DNA of 64,000 nt from Thermodesulfobacteriota bacterium (GTDB lineage: Bacteria; Desulfobacterota_D; UBA1144; Nemesobacterales; Nemesobacteraceae). Positions 28,852 to 39,440 of the stretch are shown here, one piece after another. Under the pieces are notes generated by a model. The model did no database searches and was not told the origin of the DNA. It saw only the letters and a program-made list of their open reading frames with translations. Position numbers and translations under genes: made by a program. The DNA is taken from NCBI GenBank assembly GCA_965229995.1, contig OZ245933.1, forward strand, positions 1,317,800 through 1,381,799, in the 5' to 3' direction. How positions within the stretch are numbered: position 1 is the stretch's first letter; each line of letters opens with the position of its first letter.

Positions 28852-29954
28852 ATATAGCCCTCTATCATCATTTCATCGCCGAACCTTCTGACCTTAATAT
28901 TCTTGATATTGATTGATTCCTCAATCGATTCCTTCCCAAGTTCCCCGATCATGCTCACCCCGTCGCCTCCGATAATCCTGGGCGAGTAGAAGAAAACCAC
29001 CTTGTCAACCAGACCCTCCCGAAGAAAACAGGCCCCCACCCTGCTCCCTCCTTCAACCAGAACGCCGCACATTCCCATGGCCCCGAGTTCGCGAAGAAGG
29101 TCTGCGGCAGATACACGGCCCGAAGCGTCGGATTCTAATCTCAGAATCTCGGCGCCGAGCTTACGAAGCCTCTTGGCCTTAGGCTGTCCCGCGGACTGCG
29201 TAGTGGCTATTATGGAGCGGGGATGAGTACTGAAAATCTTCGCTTCGGGCGAAATACGAAGTTTTGAATCCATAACCACCGGGATTGGCTGGCGTACGTT
29301 TCCCCTGACCAAGCGAACGTCAAGTCCCGGGTCGTCCGCACGCACCGTGTTTATCCCGACAATTACGGCATCCACTTTTTTTCTCAAGCGATGAGCCATT
29401 TTTCTCTGCCTCACGCTCCCTATCCACTTGGAGTTACCGGTCACCGAAGCTATCTTGCCGTCAATAGTCGAGGCGGATTTTAATATTACGAAAGGAAGCC
29501 CCGAGACAACATGCTTGTTGAAAAACTCGTTTATTTCCGCGCATTCCCTCTCAAGTACCCCTGTTCTCACGGTTATACCGTTTTCGCGAAGCTTTGCCAC
29601 CCCATTTCCGCTTACCTTGGGATTAGGATCAATGGCTCCCACGACAACATCGGATATTCCAGAGGCTATTATAACGTCGGTACACGGAGGAGTAAGCTTT
29701 TCAGTATGGCAACAGGGCTCAAGGGTTACGTAAAGCGTGGCGCCCTCAAGAGAAATTCCTTTCTTCGTAGCGTCTAGGAACGCTTCTATTTCCGCGTGGG
29801 CAGAGCCGGCTTTTTTATGGTAGCCACGGCCTACAATCCGTCCCTCAACTACGCAGACGGCGCCGACCATGGGATTGGGGCTGGTGCACCCTTCTCCCCT
29901 GAGGGCAAGCCTCAGAGCTTTTTTCATGAACTCCGTGTCGTTTCGAGCGGGCAT
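28848..29954 (-). CDS. ribD: Bifunctional riboflavin biosynthesis protein RibD (deaminase/reductase)
   Basis: Cytidine/deoxycytidylate-deaminase zinc motifs (HAEIEAF, PCCHTEK) and a C-terminal RibD reductase domain. The start is placed at the ATG at 29954, which has a strong AAGGAGG ribosome-binding site and clears the ftsY stop; the raw ORF extends to 30020. Confidence 0.88.
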   Translation of the reverse strand: MPARNDTEFMKKALRLALRGEGCTSPNPMVGAVCVVEGRIVGRGYHKKAGSAHAEIEAFLDATKKGISLEGATLYVTLEPCCHTEKLTPPCTDVIIASGISDVVVGAIDPNPKVSGNGVAKLRENGITVRTGVLERECAEINEFFNKHVVSGLPFVILKSASTIDGKIASVTGNSKWIGSVRQRKMAHRLRKKVDAVIVGINTVRADDPGLDVRLVRGNVRQPIPVVMDSKLRISPEAKIFSTHPRSIIATTQSAGQPKAKRLRKLGAEILRLESDASGRVSAADLLRELGAMGMCGVLVEGGSRVGACFLREGLVDKVVFFYSPRIIGGDGVSMIGELGKESIEESINIKNIKVRRFGDEMMIEGYI

Positions 29955-29961
29955 TAAAAAT

Positions 29962-31383
29962 CTAGTGCAAAGCCTCCTTATCCGATGTGAAAAGCGCTTT
30001 TGTGAACTGTTCGGCGTCAAATTCGCGAAGGTCCCCGAGACCTTCTCCGACGCCGATATACTTGACCGGAAGACCGAGCTGTTCCGCTATCGCCACTATT
30101 ATTCCTCCCTTGGCAGTTCCGTCGAGTTTCGTAAGCACTATACCCGTCACCCCGATGGTCTCGCCGAAAACCCTCGCCTGCTCCACGGCATTCTGTCCCG
30201 TGGTCGCGTCAACGACAAGGAGAGTCTCATGCGGAGCCCCCTCAAGTTCCCGCGCAACCACCCTTCTCAGTTTCTTGAGTTCATCCATAAGTCCCGTTTT
30301 CGTGTGAACCCGTCCAGCAGTGTCTATTATGAGCAGGTCAACACCTCTTGAAACCGACGCCTTTACCGCGTCGTAAGCCACGGCGGAAGGGTCGGCTCCG
30401 CTCTGGCCGCGAAGAAAATCGCTCCCCACCCTCTCGGCCCAGACACCGAGTTGTTCAACCGCGGCTGCCCTGAATGTGTCGGCAGCGGCAACCATTACTT
30501 TTTTTCCGTCCTGTGCGAATCTGTTGGCGATTTTCCCTATGGAAGTGGTTTTTCCGACGCCGTTAACTCCAGCAACCATGAAAACCGTCGGCTTGGCGGA
30601 AAGTTCTGATACCGAACTCTCGACTCCCCTCAGGATATCGAGAATTTCCTTTTCCAGAAGGGTTTTTATTTTCTCTATGTCTCCGCTTTCTCCCGCCGTG
30701 ACAGCGGATGAGACTTTCTCTCTCAGTTTCGCGGTTGTAGAGACACCCATATCTGACATTATCAGTATCTCTTCGAATTCATCCCAGGTGCCGTCATCAA
30801 TCCGACCGGATGAAAAAACATGCTCAAGATTCTGCAAGATTCCCCTGCGGGTCTTAGAAAGTCCGAGACTCAGTCTTGAGAAGAAATCTTTTTCCGTATC
30901 CTCTTCTTTTTGTTCCGCAACAACCTCCTGCTGCGGTTCTGGCGTGACTGTATCTTCTTCGGTCTCCACTTCCGCTAGTTCAGGCTCTACTTCCGCTTCT
31001 TCGGCAGGAACCGGTTCTTTGGGAATTTCAGTCGGCTCAACCGCGGGTACGGGGGCAGAGGGCGGCGGTGTGACAATCTCTTTTTCTTCCGCCGCTGCGA
31101 GCTTGGGGGCGACAAACTGCGGTTCGGATGCGGGCTCAGCAATCTCAGCCGGTGAAACATCCGGGGCGCTAGTTTCCTCTGGCCGCTCAATTCTTTCGGG
31201 TTCGGCGGAAACAGTTTCGGGCTGTTCCTGCTCCGTCTCCAAGGCAGTTTCCGGCGGAAGTTCTTTTTTTCTGGAGAAGAAATAAACCGCCACAAAGACG
31301 GCGACGGCTATTGCAACCGGGATAATAATCGCCGGGTCGATATGGGTCCCAATTCCCGAGAAGAGTTCAGTAGTCTCTTTCAT
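29962..31383 (-). CDS. ftsY: Signal recognition particle receptor FtsY with N-terminal transmembrane anchor and long acidic A-domain
   Basis: 473 aa. The C-terminal NG domain has GVNGVGKTTSIGK and the SRP GTPase motifs. The N-terminus has one hydrophobic helix (IIIPVAIAVAVFVAVYFF) and a roughly 160-aa Pro/Glu-rich acidic region. Confidence 0.9.
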   Translation of the reverse strand: MKETTELFSGIGTHIDPAIIIPVAIAVAVFVAVYFFSRKKELPPETALETEQEQPETVSAEPERIERPEETSAPDVSPAEIAEPASEPQFVAPKLAAAEEKEIVTPPPSAPVPAVEPTEIPKEPVPAEEAEVEPELAEVETEEDTVTPEPQQEVVAEQKEEDTEKDFFSRLSLGLSKTRRGILQNLEHVFSSGRIDDGTWDEFEEILIMSDMGVSTTAKLREKVSSAVTAGESGDIEKIKTLLEKEILDILRGVESSVSELSAKPTVFMVAGVNGVGKTTSIGKIANRFAQDGKKVMVAAADTFRAAAVEQLGVWAERVGSDFLRGQSGADPSAVAYDAVKASVSRGVDLLIIDTAGRVHTKTGLMDELKKLRRVVARELEGAPHETLLVVDATTGQNAVEQARVFGETIGVTGIVLTKLDGTAKGGIIVAIAEQLGLPVKYIGVGEGLGDLREFDAEQFTKALFTSDKEALH

Positions 31384-32111
31384 ATGGCCTGTTCGGTTGA
31401 AAACAGTTTTTTACCGACAAAAAATGGTCCCAGGCTTTCAAGATACATTGAAGTCTGCTGTGTTTTTCTCATTCTCTCCACTAGCGCGGAGAGCGGATAG
31501 AGTTCTTTACCCAGAATCCCTATCACGAAATCATTGTCGTTTTTATCAAGACCATGGCTAGCAAGGCGGATGTCCTTAGCGTATCCAGCGTCTCCGAACT
31601 GAAACCCTATCTTGCCGTGTTCTGCCAGAACAGCTCTTTGCTGCTCCGGCGCGAGGGTTTCAAAAGCCTTCGCCCTTCTAAGAGGGTACCAGACGGCCCA
31701 CGTAAGTTCCGGGTCAAAAATCTTCTGCGTCGGACCTGAAATCAAGGTTCTTTCAAGGTCTTTTTCATAGCCTATGGAATAGGTTCTTCCGAGCATGGTG
31801 TACTCAGGCTTCGGCTTAAGTCCGGCAAAAGAGGAACCTGAAAGAAACCGCCTGAACTCCCTAACGAAAAAATCGGGACTCTCGCTCATGGTCAAAAGGC
31901 CCACACCTCCATAATCGTTCATGTCCGCATAAAGAACCGCGGCTACAGGAGAGCTTTCTAGGTCTCGGGTCAAGCGGGACTCAAGTGCTGGATCAAGGCC
32001 TCCAAAGCCGAGAAACTGCATGAAAAACCTTCTGTCAAGAGACACGGTTTCTCCGCCATCGCCTCTTCCCTTCTCGCTTAAGTCAAGCTGACTGCCTTTA
32101 GGTTTGTTCAT
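31380..32111 (-). CDS. Chlorite dismutase family protein (HemQ / coproheme decarboxylase-like)
   Basis: 243 aa. The C-terminal region (RMRKTQQTSMYLESLGPFFVGKKL) and an internal HG..D block resemble Bacillus HemQ and Cld-family proteins. Overlaps ftsY by 4 nt. Confidence 0.55.
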   Translation of the reverse strand: MNKPKGSQLDLSEKGRGDGGETVSLDRRFFMQFLGFGGLDPALESRLTRDLESSPVAAVLYADMNDYGGVGLLTMSESPDFFVREFRRFLSGSSFAGLKPKPEYTMLGRTYSIGYEKDLERTLISGPTQKIFDPELTWAVWYPLRRAKAFETLAPEQQRAVLAEHGKIGFQFGDAGYAKDIRLASHGLDKNDNDFVIGILGKELYPLSALVERMRKTQQTSMYLESLGPFFVGKKLFSTEQAI

Positions 32112-32227
32112 GTTTCGTCACCGGACTTAGGGGTTAAGTATGTATGATTTAAGGGTCTAACTCAATGTAATAAACCTCAATTGAGTCACTGTGGTATATT
32201 CTTATAAAGAAGCGAGGAGCGGGGGTA

Positions 32228-32710
32228 ATGCTGAACAAGCCCAGTTTTTCTGACTTAGCCTACAAAAACAAAAAGAAAGTAACCCGTAAGCAGCGGTTTC
32301 TCGAAAAAATGGATGAGGTCTTACCGTGGAAACAGTTGCTTGAACCGATATTAAAGAAATATCCGAAGTCGCGCAAGGGACGCCGACCTATCCCGGCCAG
32401 GGTTATGCTGCGGATTTATCTAATGCAGCAATGGTATGGGTTGTCTGATCCTGCCATGGAAGAAAGTCTTTATGATATTGAGTCCATGCGCCGTTTTGCC
32501 GGAGTGTCGATGCAGAGAATTCCGGATGAGACTACCCTCTGCAAGTTTCGGCGCTTTCTGCTTAAGAATCAAATAACTGAGGAATTGCTCCGTATTACTG
32601 AGCAGTGTTTATCAGAACACGGCTTAACAGTCACTAAAGGCAGGATTACCGATCCCAGAGTGCGCCGAGTTAAACAAAAAACCAGCACGGCCAAACGTAT
32701 ACAGCGATAA
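32228..32710 (+). mobile_element. Truncated IS5-family transposase (N-terminal about 160 aa only), an insertion-sequence remnant
   Basis: The ORF resembles the N-terminal half of IS5 InsH-type transposases (ours VLPWKQLLEPILKKYPKS...RRPIPARVMLRIYLMQQWYGLSDPAMEESLYDIESMRRFAGV...IPDETTLCKFRRFL; InsH [65 protein letters not shown]). The reading frame ends where the DDE catalytic half should begin, and no downstream frame continues it. Confidence 0.7.
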
Positions 32711-32838
32711 AAAACGGACAAGACCCCATCATCCCCCAATTCCATATATTTCGGCAAGTATTATCTTCAGATCAGGTGCAAGGAAGTCGATGGGAAGGTA
32801 CTAGCTGCTCTTCTGAACCGATTCAGACACGAACCGTC

Positions 32839-34164
32839 TCATTGGTGCATCATATTCAGAAATTCTGCATTGCTCTTCGTTCCCCGAAGCTTGTCAAGCA
32901 GAAATTCCATTGACTCGGTGGTGTTCATCGGATTGAGGATCTTCCGAAGAAGCCATATGCGGCTAAGCTCGGATTCTGGGATAAGCAGCTCTTCCTTCCT
33001 GGTTCCAGATCTCTGAAGATCTATGGCCGGAAATACCCTTCTCTCCGCAAGGCGCCTGTCGAGGTACACTTCCAGATTTCCCGTTCCCTTGAACTCCTCG
33101 AAGATAACCTCGTCCATCCGGCTCCCGGTATCTATAAGGGCGGTGGCTATTATGGTAAGGCTCCCGCCTTCTTCGGTATTCCTCGCCGCCCCGAAAAATC
33201 TTTTGGGTCTTTGAAGAGCGTTTGCCTCGATTCCTCCCGAGAGCACTTTTCCGCTCGATGGGCTTATGGTGTTGCTCGCTCTTGCGAGCCTGGTGAGGCT
33301 GTCTAGCAGAATAACGACATCTTTTCCGTGCTCGACGTACCTTTTTGCCTTCTCAATCACCATGTCGGCGACCTGTATGTGCCTTTGCGCCGGTTCATCA
33401 AAAGTTGAACTGATGACTTCTCCATTGACCGACCTCTGCATGTCGGTGACTTCCTCCGGGCGCTCGTCTATAAGCAACACGAACAGTTCAACCTCGGGGT
33501 GATTTTCAGTTATCGCGTTGGCTATCCTCTGGATGATTATGGTCTTACCGGTTCGTGGAGGAGCCACTATCACTGCTCTTTGTCCCTTTCCCACCGGCAC
33601 GAAAAGATTCATCACCCTTGAGCAAAACTCGTTTTTGTCATATTCAAGGTCAATTTTTTTATCCGGGTGAAGGGGAACGAGGCTTTCAAAAGGCGTTCTC
33701 CGCCTGCATATCTCGGGAGAGTCATAATTGGCTTGCTCTATTTTCAGAAGAGCCAGATTTTTTTCTCCTTCTCTCGGAAGTCTCACGAGGCCTCTTATCG
33801 TGTCTCCGGTTTTCAGGCTGAAAGACCTTATCTGGGATTTTGAGACGTATACATCGTCGGGGCTCGGCAGATAGCTGTACTTTGGGGACCTTAAAAAGCC
33901 GTAACCTTCGGTCAGGATTTCAAGCACTCCTTCAGCTATTATGGAACCGTGTTTTTCGCTCTGCGCCTTAAGCAGGGAGTATATCAGTTCCTGTTTTGCC
34001 ATTCTGGCAGTGTCTTCAATGCCTGCCAGTCTGCTCAGTTCTATGAGATCCGAGGGCTTTTTCGCCCTGAGATCGTTCAGGTAAACCAGCTTGCCGTTTC
34101 CGTTTTCCTGCTCCTCTTCTTTCTGGACAATGTTGGCGGCTTCCGCTTTAGAGACTTTTGCCAT
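32839..34164 (-). CDS. rho: Transcription termination factor Rho
   Basis: 441 aa with an N-terminal RNA-binding cold-shock-like domain and a RecA-type ATPase with Walker A PPRTGKT. Confidence 0.95.
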   Translation of the reverse strand: MAKVSKAEAANIVQKEEEQENGNGKLVYLNDLRAKKPSDLIELSRLAGIEDTARMAKQELIYSLLKAQSEKHGSIIAEGVLEILTEGYGFLRSPKYSYLPSPDDVYVSKSQIRSFSLKTGDTIRGLVRLPREGEKNLALLKIEQANYDSPEICRRRTPFESLVPLHPDKKIDLEYDKNEFCSRVMNLFVPVGKGQRAVIVAPPRTGKTIIIQRIANAITENHPEVELFVLLIDERPEEVTDMQRSVNGEVISSTFDEPAQRHIQVADMVIEKAKRYVEHGKDVVILLDSLTRLARASNTISPSSGKVLSGGIEANALQRPKRFFGAARNTEEGGSLTIIATALIDTGSRMDEVIFEEFKGTGNLEVYLDRRLAERRVFPAIDLQRSGTRKEELLIPESELSRIWLLRKILNPMNTTESMEFLLDKLRGTKSNAEFLNMMHQ

Positions 34165-34622
34165 ACGATGAAACTCCTTGAACTAAGGCATAGTTAAAAT
34201 TTTGGTTCAAAAAACAATCAAGGTCTTTTGGGGTGTCAGGAATGCGATAATCGCGTGTGTTAAGAGTTTAAAATGAAAAACCGATACAACCGATATAATA
34301 ATATTATTGCTGCGTAACGGGCTTGTCAATACCTAAAACCGAACTTGCAAGAAGAAAAGGACTTCTGTTCCGCAGAAACTCCTCCCAGCTTTTCCTTGAG
34401 AACCCCGCTCCCGCCTGACAAGCACGTTTAACGCCTCGGATTCTGCGACTACTTGTAAAAGGAAAATACTTGAACCAAAACAAATGTCAAGGACTTCGGC
34501 TTTCAAGTCACTCCCTGTCCACCGTGGTGATTTTCGTACCGTTGTGGCAATTTGAAGGGATTTCCAGTTATACTTGAGAAGGAAAGATATGCAAAAACAA
34601 AAAAACAAGGGGGTGAGCTAAG

Positions 34623-35369
34623 ATGTCGGGTCATTCCAAATGGGCAAATATAAAACATAGAAAAGCCGCGGTCGACACCAAGCGGGGCAAGGTATTCACC
34701 AAGCTTATCAGGGAGCTTACGGTTGCCGCAAAGGAAGGAGGAGTCGATCCGGAATCCAATCCGCGTCTTCGCACCGCGATAGCTACCGCAAAGGGCGCTA
34801 ACATGCCTAACGACACGATCGACAGGGCGATAAAGCGGGGCGCAGGTGACATCGAGGGAGTAGTCTACAACGAAATATTTTACGAAGGATATGGACCCGG
34901 CGGAAGCGCCGTATACGTAAAAACTCTTACCGACAACAAAAACAGGACTGTCTCCGAAATAAGAAGAATATTCACGAAACACGGCGGAGGGCTAGGCGAG
35001 AACGGCTGCGTGGCGTGGATGTTCGATCTGAGGGGAAGAATCGCATTCCCGGCAGACTCGGTTGATGAGGATACTCTTTTCGATCTGGTTATAGACGCAG
35101 GAGCCGACGATGTGCGTACCGAAGACAGCGAGATCGTGGTGGTAGCTCCGACTGAGGACTATGAAACAGTAAAAAGAGCGGTTTCGGATGCCGGAATCCA
35201 GTACGAATCCGCCGAAGTCACCATGATACCGCAGACAAGCGTGAGGGTTGAAGGCCGGGATGCCGAGCACATGATAAGGCTCATGGAAGCGCTTGAAGAC
35301 AGCGACGACGTTCAGAACGTGTACGCCAACTTCGATATAGACGAACAGTTACTCGAAGCACTTGGATAA
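34623..35369 (+). CDS. yebC: YebC/PmpR family DNA-binding transcriptional regulator
   Basis: 248 aa starting [23 protein letters not shown], the YebC family signature, in the conserved position upstream of ruvC. Confidence 0.9.
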   Translation: MSGHSKWANIKHRKAAVDTKRGKVFTKLIRELTVAAKEGGVDPESNPRLRTAIATAKGANMPNDTIDRAIKRGAGDIEGVVYNEIFYEGYGPGGSAVYVKTLTDNKNRTVSEIRRIFTKHGGGLGENGCVAWMFDLRGRIAFPADSVDEDTLFDLVIDAGADDVRTEDSEIVVVAPTEDYETVKRAVSDAGIQYESAEVTMIPQTSVRVEGRDAEHMIRLMEALEDSDDVQNVYANFDIDEQLLEALG

Positions 35370-35388
35370 AATTTCCGACACCAGGGTC

Positions 35389-35928
35389 ATGGGAATTGAC
35401 CCGGGATCAAGATACTGCGGCTACGGAATCGTGGACGGCGCGGGGAGCCGGCTAAGCTACGTAACCAGCGGAACGATTGCTGCCGCATCCGGAAGCTCAA
35501 CTGCCGAAAGGCTTAACGACATTTACGTCGGAATCCTGAGAGTAATTGACGATTACGGTCCATCGGTCGTATCGGTCGAGGAGATGTTTTTCGCCAAGAA
35601 CGCGAGAAGCGCCATAAAACTCGGCCAGTCGAGAGGAATAGCAATCCTGGCGGCAGCGCAAAGAGGAATACCGGTAAGCGAGTATGCCCCAACTAGGGTA
35701 AAGCTTGCCCTGACCGGCAAAGGCAGGGCGGGCAAGGAAGAGATGGCGAAAATGCTCTCCTACATGCTCGGAGTCAGTGACTTTCAGAGCACGGACGAGT
35801 CCGACGCGCTTGCGATCGCGATCTGCCACTTAAACCTTTCAAGATACGGACTGCCGGACGGTGAGCTTAAAGGCGTAGGCAACCGACGCAGAAAAAAGAG
35901 ATACACGGCAAATGATCTATCTGCTTAG
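35389..35928 (+). CDS. ruvC: Crossover junction endodeoxyribonuclease RuvC
   Basis: Starts MGIDPGSRYCGYGIV, the RuvC catalytic N-terminus. An alternative TTG start at 35362 would overlap yebC by 8 nt. Confidence 0.85.
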   Translation: MGIDPGSRYCGYGIVDGAGSRLSYVTSGTIAAASGSSTAERLNDIYVGILRVIDDYGPSVVSVEEMFFAKNARSAIKLGQSRGIAILAAAQRGIPVSEYAPTRVKLALTGKGRAGKEEMAKMLSYMLGVSDFQSTDESDALAIAICHLNLSRYGLPDGELKGVGNRRRKKRYTANDLSA

Positions 35929-36496
35929 AGGCGTAATCGCTTGTAAGGAAATCGGGACCGTCGTCGTTGATGTAGGCGGGGTCGGCTACGGCGTTACAGT
36001 TCCCCTCTCGACTTACTACGATCTGGGAGCAGTCGGGGAAGAGGTTGAACTGAAAATACACACCAGCCACAGGGAGAACAGCATCGAGCTGTTCGGCTTT
36101 CTCACCGACGATGAGAAAAAACTTTTTGAGAAACTCATCAGCGTTTCCGGCATAGGACCAAAAGCGGCGACGAACGTGCTTTCCAACATTTCAGTTCCGG
36201 AGCTTGTAAGATCCATAAAAAACGGAAACCTCGCGCAGAGAAAAATCCGCGGAATCGGCACCAAAACCGCTACCAAGATAGTAAACGAACTTAAAGACAA
36301 GCTTGATGATCTCGCCGTGGATGAAGAGTCCTCAATATCAAACACCATGTTAAACGATACGGTCTCCGCGCTGCTTAACCTGGGTTACACCAGGTCTGAG
36401 GTGGAGAGAAAAACCTCCGAGATCAAGAAAATCATCGAAGTCTCGGAATCCATCGAGGACGTTCTCAAGGATTCTCTTAAGGTAATCAGAAACTAG
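35912..36496 (+). CDS. ruvA: Holliday junction branch migration protein RuvA
   Basis: 194 aa starting MIYLLRGVIACKE...VDVGGVGYGV (compare E. coli MIGRLRGIIIEK..IEVGGVGYEV), with a helix-hairpin-helix region (GIGPKAA). Confidence 0.9.
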   Translation: MIYLLRGVIACKEIGTVVVDVGGVGYGVTVPLSTYYDLGAVGEEVELKIHTSHRENSIELFGFLTDDEKKLFEKLISVSGIGPKAATNVLSNISVPELVRSIKNGNLAQRKIRGIGTKTATKIVNELKDKLDDLAVDEESSISNTMLNDTVSALLNLGYTRSEVERKTSEIKKIIEVSESIEDVLKDSLKVIRN

Positions 36497-37522
36497 ATGT
36501 CGCAGAACACAAAAAAAACCGTTTCGCCCGAATATACGGAAACAGATGAGTTTACGGACGTAAATCTTCGTCCCGCTTTTCTTCAGGATTTTATCGGGCA
36601 GCCCAGCATAAAGGAGCAGGTCACCATATTTATCGGCGCCGCCAAGGCAAGAGGCGAAGCCCTTGACCACGTGCTTCTCTCCGGTCCCCCCGGACTTGGA
36701 AAGACCACCCTCGCGCACATATTCGCAAACGAACTCGGCGTGGCTCTGCATCTCACCTCGGGTCCGGTCCTCGAAAGAACCGGAGATCTCGCCTCCATGC
36801 TTACCAACCTTGGTGAAAAAGACGTGCTTTTCATCGACGAGATACACAGGATAAACAGGGTCGTCGAGGAATATCTCTATTCCGCGATGGAGGATTTCAA
36901 CATCGACCTCATGATAGGAGAAGGTCCTACGGCGAGGTCAGTGAAAATAAATCTGAACAGGTTTACGCTCATAGGAGCGACCACGAGAACGGGACTTCTA
37001 ACCTCCCCGTTCCGCTCCCGGTTCGGAGTTGAACTCAGGCTTGATTACTACAATACAGAAGAACTCTCAAGCATAGTGAAAAGGTCCTCCGGGATTCTGG
37101 GAGTCGAGGTAACAGACGAAGGCGCACTGGAAATGACCTCGAGAGCAAGGGGAACTCCCAGGATAGCCAACAGGCTTCTTAAGAGGGTAAGAGACTACTC
37201 CCAGATGAAATCGGACGGTCGTATAACCGAACCCGTGGTCAAGGCCGCGCTTTTGATGCTTGAGATCGACTCAATGGGCCTTGACAACCTCGACAGGGCG
37301 ATACTAACCGCCATAATCGAAAAATTCGGAGGCGGTCCGGTAGGAATAGACACCATTTCAGCCGCGGTGAGCGAAGAGAAAGACACAATAGAAAACGTTT
37401 ATGAACCCTTTCTTATAAGGGAGGGACTCGTGGAAAAAACCCCCAGGGGAAGAAAGGCTACGCAGCTTGCCTACGGACACCTCGGACTCAGCCGAACCGA
37501 GGGTCAGCCGAAGCTTCTCTGA
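36497..37522 (+). CDS. ruvB: Holliday junction branch migration ATPase RuvB
   Basis: 341 aa AAA+ protein with Walker [10 protein letters not shown], Walker B FIDEIH and a winged-helix C-terminus. Confidence 0.95.
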   Translation: MSQNTKKTVSPEYTETDEFTDVNLRPAFLQDFIGQPSIKEQVTIFIGAAKARGEALDHVLLSGPPGLGKTTLAHIFANELGVALHLTSGPVLERTGDLASMLTNLGEKDVLFIDEIHRINRVVEEYLYSAMEDFNIDLMIGEGPTARSVKINLNRFTLIGATTRTGLLTSPFRSRFGVELRLDYYNTEELSSIVKRSSGILGVEVTDEGALEMTSRARGTPRIANRLLKRVRDYSQMKSDGRITEPVVKAALLMLEIDSMGLDNLDRAILTAIIEKFGGGPVGIDTISAAVSEEKDTIENVYEPFLIREGLVEKTPRGRKATQLAYGHLGLSRTEGQPKLL

Positions 37523-37546
37523 TCCGCGCAAAGAATCAGAAGACCA

Positions 37547-37993
37547 TCAGTCAAGCGGGATTTCCCTTATGAACTCGTCCCAGTGATTCCCGGAAATGGC
37601 GTCTATTATTTTTCTCGGTTCCTTGTAACCCTTTTCTCCGGGAAACATTTTTCTGTATACCTCGTCTCTTATCTCAAGCCACTTGTCTATAGCCGCGTAG
37701 TTTTTGAATTTAACTACGGTCTTGTAGGTCCAAAGCGGCTTTATGGTATGTATTCTCTGTGAATACAGCCTGTAATCGTCAACGGTGATACCCATCTTTT
37801 TCATTTCCTGCCAGAAAGGAAAAAGACGTGTTCTGTATACCCTGAGAAACTCGTCACGGTTCTCGGGCGCCACGGTATAGAAACTTTCTTCCACTACGAC
37901 CGTGTATCTGCCCTCCTCCGCACGAACCACAGCAGCGGTCGCAAGAAAGAAAATCAGGATAAAAACGGCTGAGAAACAATGTTTTACTGACAC
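37547..37993 (-). CDS. Hypothetical exported protein
   Basis: 148 aa with a clear signal peptide (FILIFFLATAAVVRA). The mature part has no recognisable motif. Convergent with ruvB. Confidence 0.5.
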   Translation of the reverse strand: MSVKHCFSAVFILIFFLATAAVVRAEEGRYTVVVEESFYTVAPENRDEFLRVYRTRLFPFWQEMKKMGITVDDYRLYSQRIHTIKPLWTYKTVVKFKNYAAIDKWLEIRDEVYRKMFPGEKGYKEPRKIIDAISGNHWDEFIREIPLD

Positions 37994-38247
37994 CTTGGTC
38001 CTCCATTAAGCGCGGTATTGACGTATATTCGCCAAACCAACTCGGTTTTTCAATTGTACCTGACCGTGAAGGGATGTTTAATTTCCCAAAACAGGTATGA
38101 TAATATAGTTAAGATTTCCTGTCTGATTCCTATCAGCGGTTATCTCTTCGCTCGGCATTGGGTTATCCGACCGCGTGCCATCCGCGACATGGTTTGAAAA
38201 ATTTACCGACGGAACTGGAGTTTTCGAATTTCGCCTAAGCACTCCTT

Positions 38248-38961
38248 ATGAATCTGTTCACGGAAGGATCAAACAACATATTAATGTTGCTTGTAAGCAC
38301 CGGGCCCGTGGTCAAGGTCGTGCTTCTGGTTTTAATTTTTATGTCCATTTTTTCCTGGGCGATTATCTACTCGAAATTTCGTCTTCTAAGAAGTTCTTCC
38401 AAGAAATCAGCCGCGTTTCTTAATCTTTATCATTCAAACGAAGACATGAGAGCGCTTCTTTCCTTCTCGGAGAAAGTCGGCGGTCCGGTTGCCGAACTGT
38501 TCAGGGCGGGTTACGCGGAAGTGGTGAAAACGGACAAGAAGAAAAGTCGAGGCGAACTCGACCCTCAGCCCAATGGAGACACTTCTCGTTCCGAATCCGT
38601 AGATCTCGTGGAAAGGGCGCTTAACAGGGCAATGACCGCAGAGTCTTCAAAGCTTGAAAAGTCTCTGGTTTTTCTTGCCACCACCGGCAGTTCAGCCCCG
38701 TTTATAGGGCTGTTTGGAACCGTGTGGGGTATAATGAACTCCTTCATAGGACTCGCGGGAAGCAAAGGGGTTCCCTCGCTTGAGGTCGTGGCTCCGGGAA
38801 TTGCGGAGGCACTTATAGCGACCGCCATCGGTCTTGCGGCCGCCATCCCCGCCACGGTGGCCTACAACTACTTTGTCAACCGGGTAAGAGCGATGGAAGT
38901 GGAAATGGAGAATTTCTGCGGCGGATTTTTAAACACGGCGGAAAGATATCTAAACAGGTAA
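38248..38961 (+). CDS. tolQ: MotA/TolQ/ExbB proton-channel family protein (TolQ-like)
   Basis: 237 aa with three transmembrane helices and the conserved C-terminal region (ATTGSSAPFIGLFGTVWGIM) of the TolQ/ExbB family. First gene of a Q-R-A-type triplet. Confidence 0.8.
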   Translation: MNLFTEGSNNILMLLVSTGPVVKVVLLVLIFMSIFSWAIIYSKFRLLRSSSKKSAAFLNLYHSNEDMRALLSFSEKVGGPVAELFRAGYAEVVKTDKKKSRGELDPQPNGDTSRSESVDLVERALNRAMTAESSKLEKSLVFLATTGSSAPFIGLFGTVWGIMNSFIGLAGSKGVPSLEVVAPGIAEALIATAIGLAAAIPATVAYNYFVNRVRAMEVEMENFCGGFLNTAERYLNR

Positions 38962-38977
38962 CGGGGAATTTCGCTTC

Positions 38978-39436
38978 ATGGCAGCGGGAAAATTCAATAC
39001 AGGCTGGCACAACAGATCAGTGCTCTCGGAGATAAACGTCACTCCCTTTGTTGACGTAATGCTGGTTCTCCTGGTTATCTTCATGGTCACCACACCCATA
39101 CTCTACCAGGGAATCAAGGTAAACCTTCCGCAAACGGCGTCTTCTAAAATCCCGATAAAAAACCAGAGAAAAATAACCGTGACCCTGACGGGATCCGGAA
39201 AGATATTTCTCGAAGACACCAGCTATCCGCTTCCAGAAATCGCCACCGCTCTCGGCAACATCATGAAAGCGGAGGGAACAACACCCGAGAGTGGGCGGGT
39301 TTTTCTCAGAGCTGACAAATCGGTCAGGTACGAATTCGTGGTAAAGGTAATAGACGAGATAAAAAAAGCTGGCGTTGAGAAGCTAAGTCTCGTCACGGAG
39401 TCAAAAAACATAAAGGATATAAAAGCGAACATGTAA
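38978..39436 (+). CDS. tolR: ExbD/TolR family biopolymer transport protein
   Basis: 152 aa with a single N-terminal transmembrane helix (INVTPFVDVMLVLLVIFMV) and a periplasmic ExbD/TolR domain. Confidence 0.8.
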   Translation: MAAGKFNTGWHNRSVLSEINVTPFVDVMLVLLVIFMVTTPILYQGIKVNLPQTASSKIPIKNQRKITVTLTGSGKIFLEDTSYPLPEIATALGNIMKAEGTTPESGRVFLRADKSVRYEFVVKVIDEIKKAGVEKLSLVTESKNIKDIKANM

Positions 39437-39440
39437 AGAG

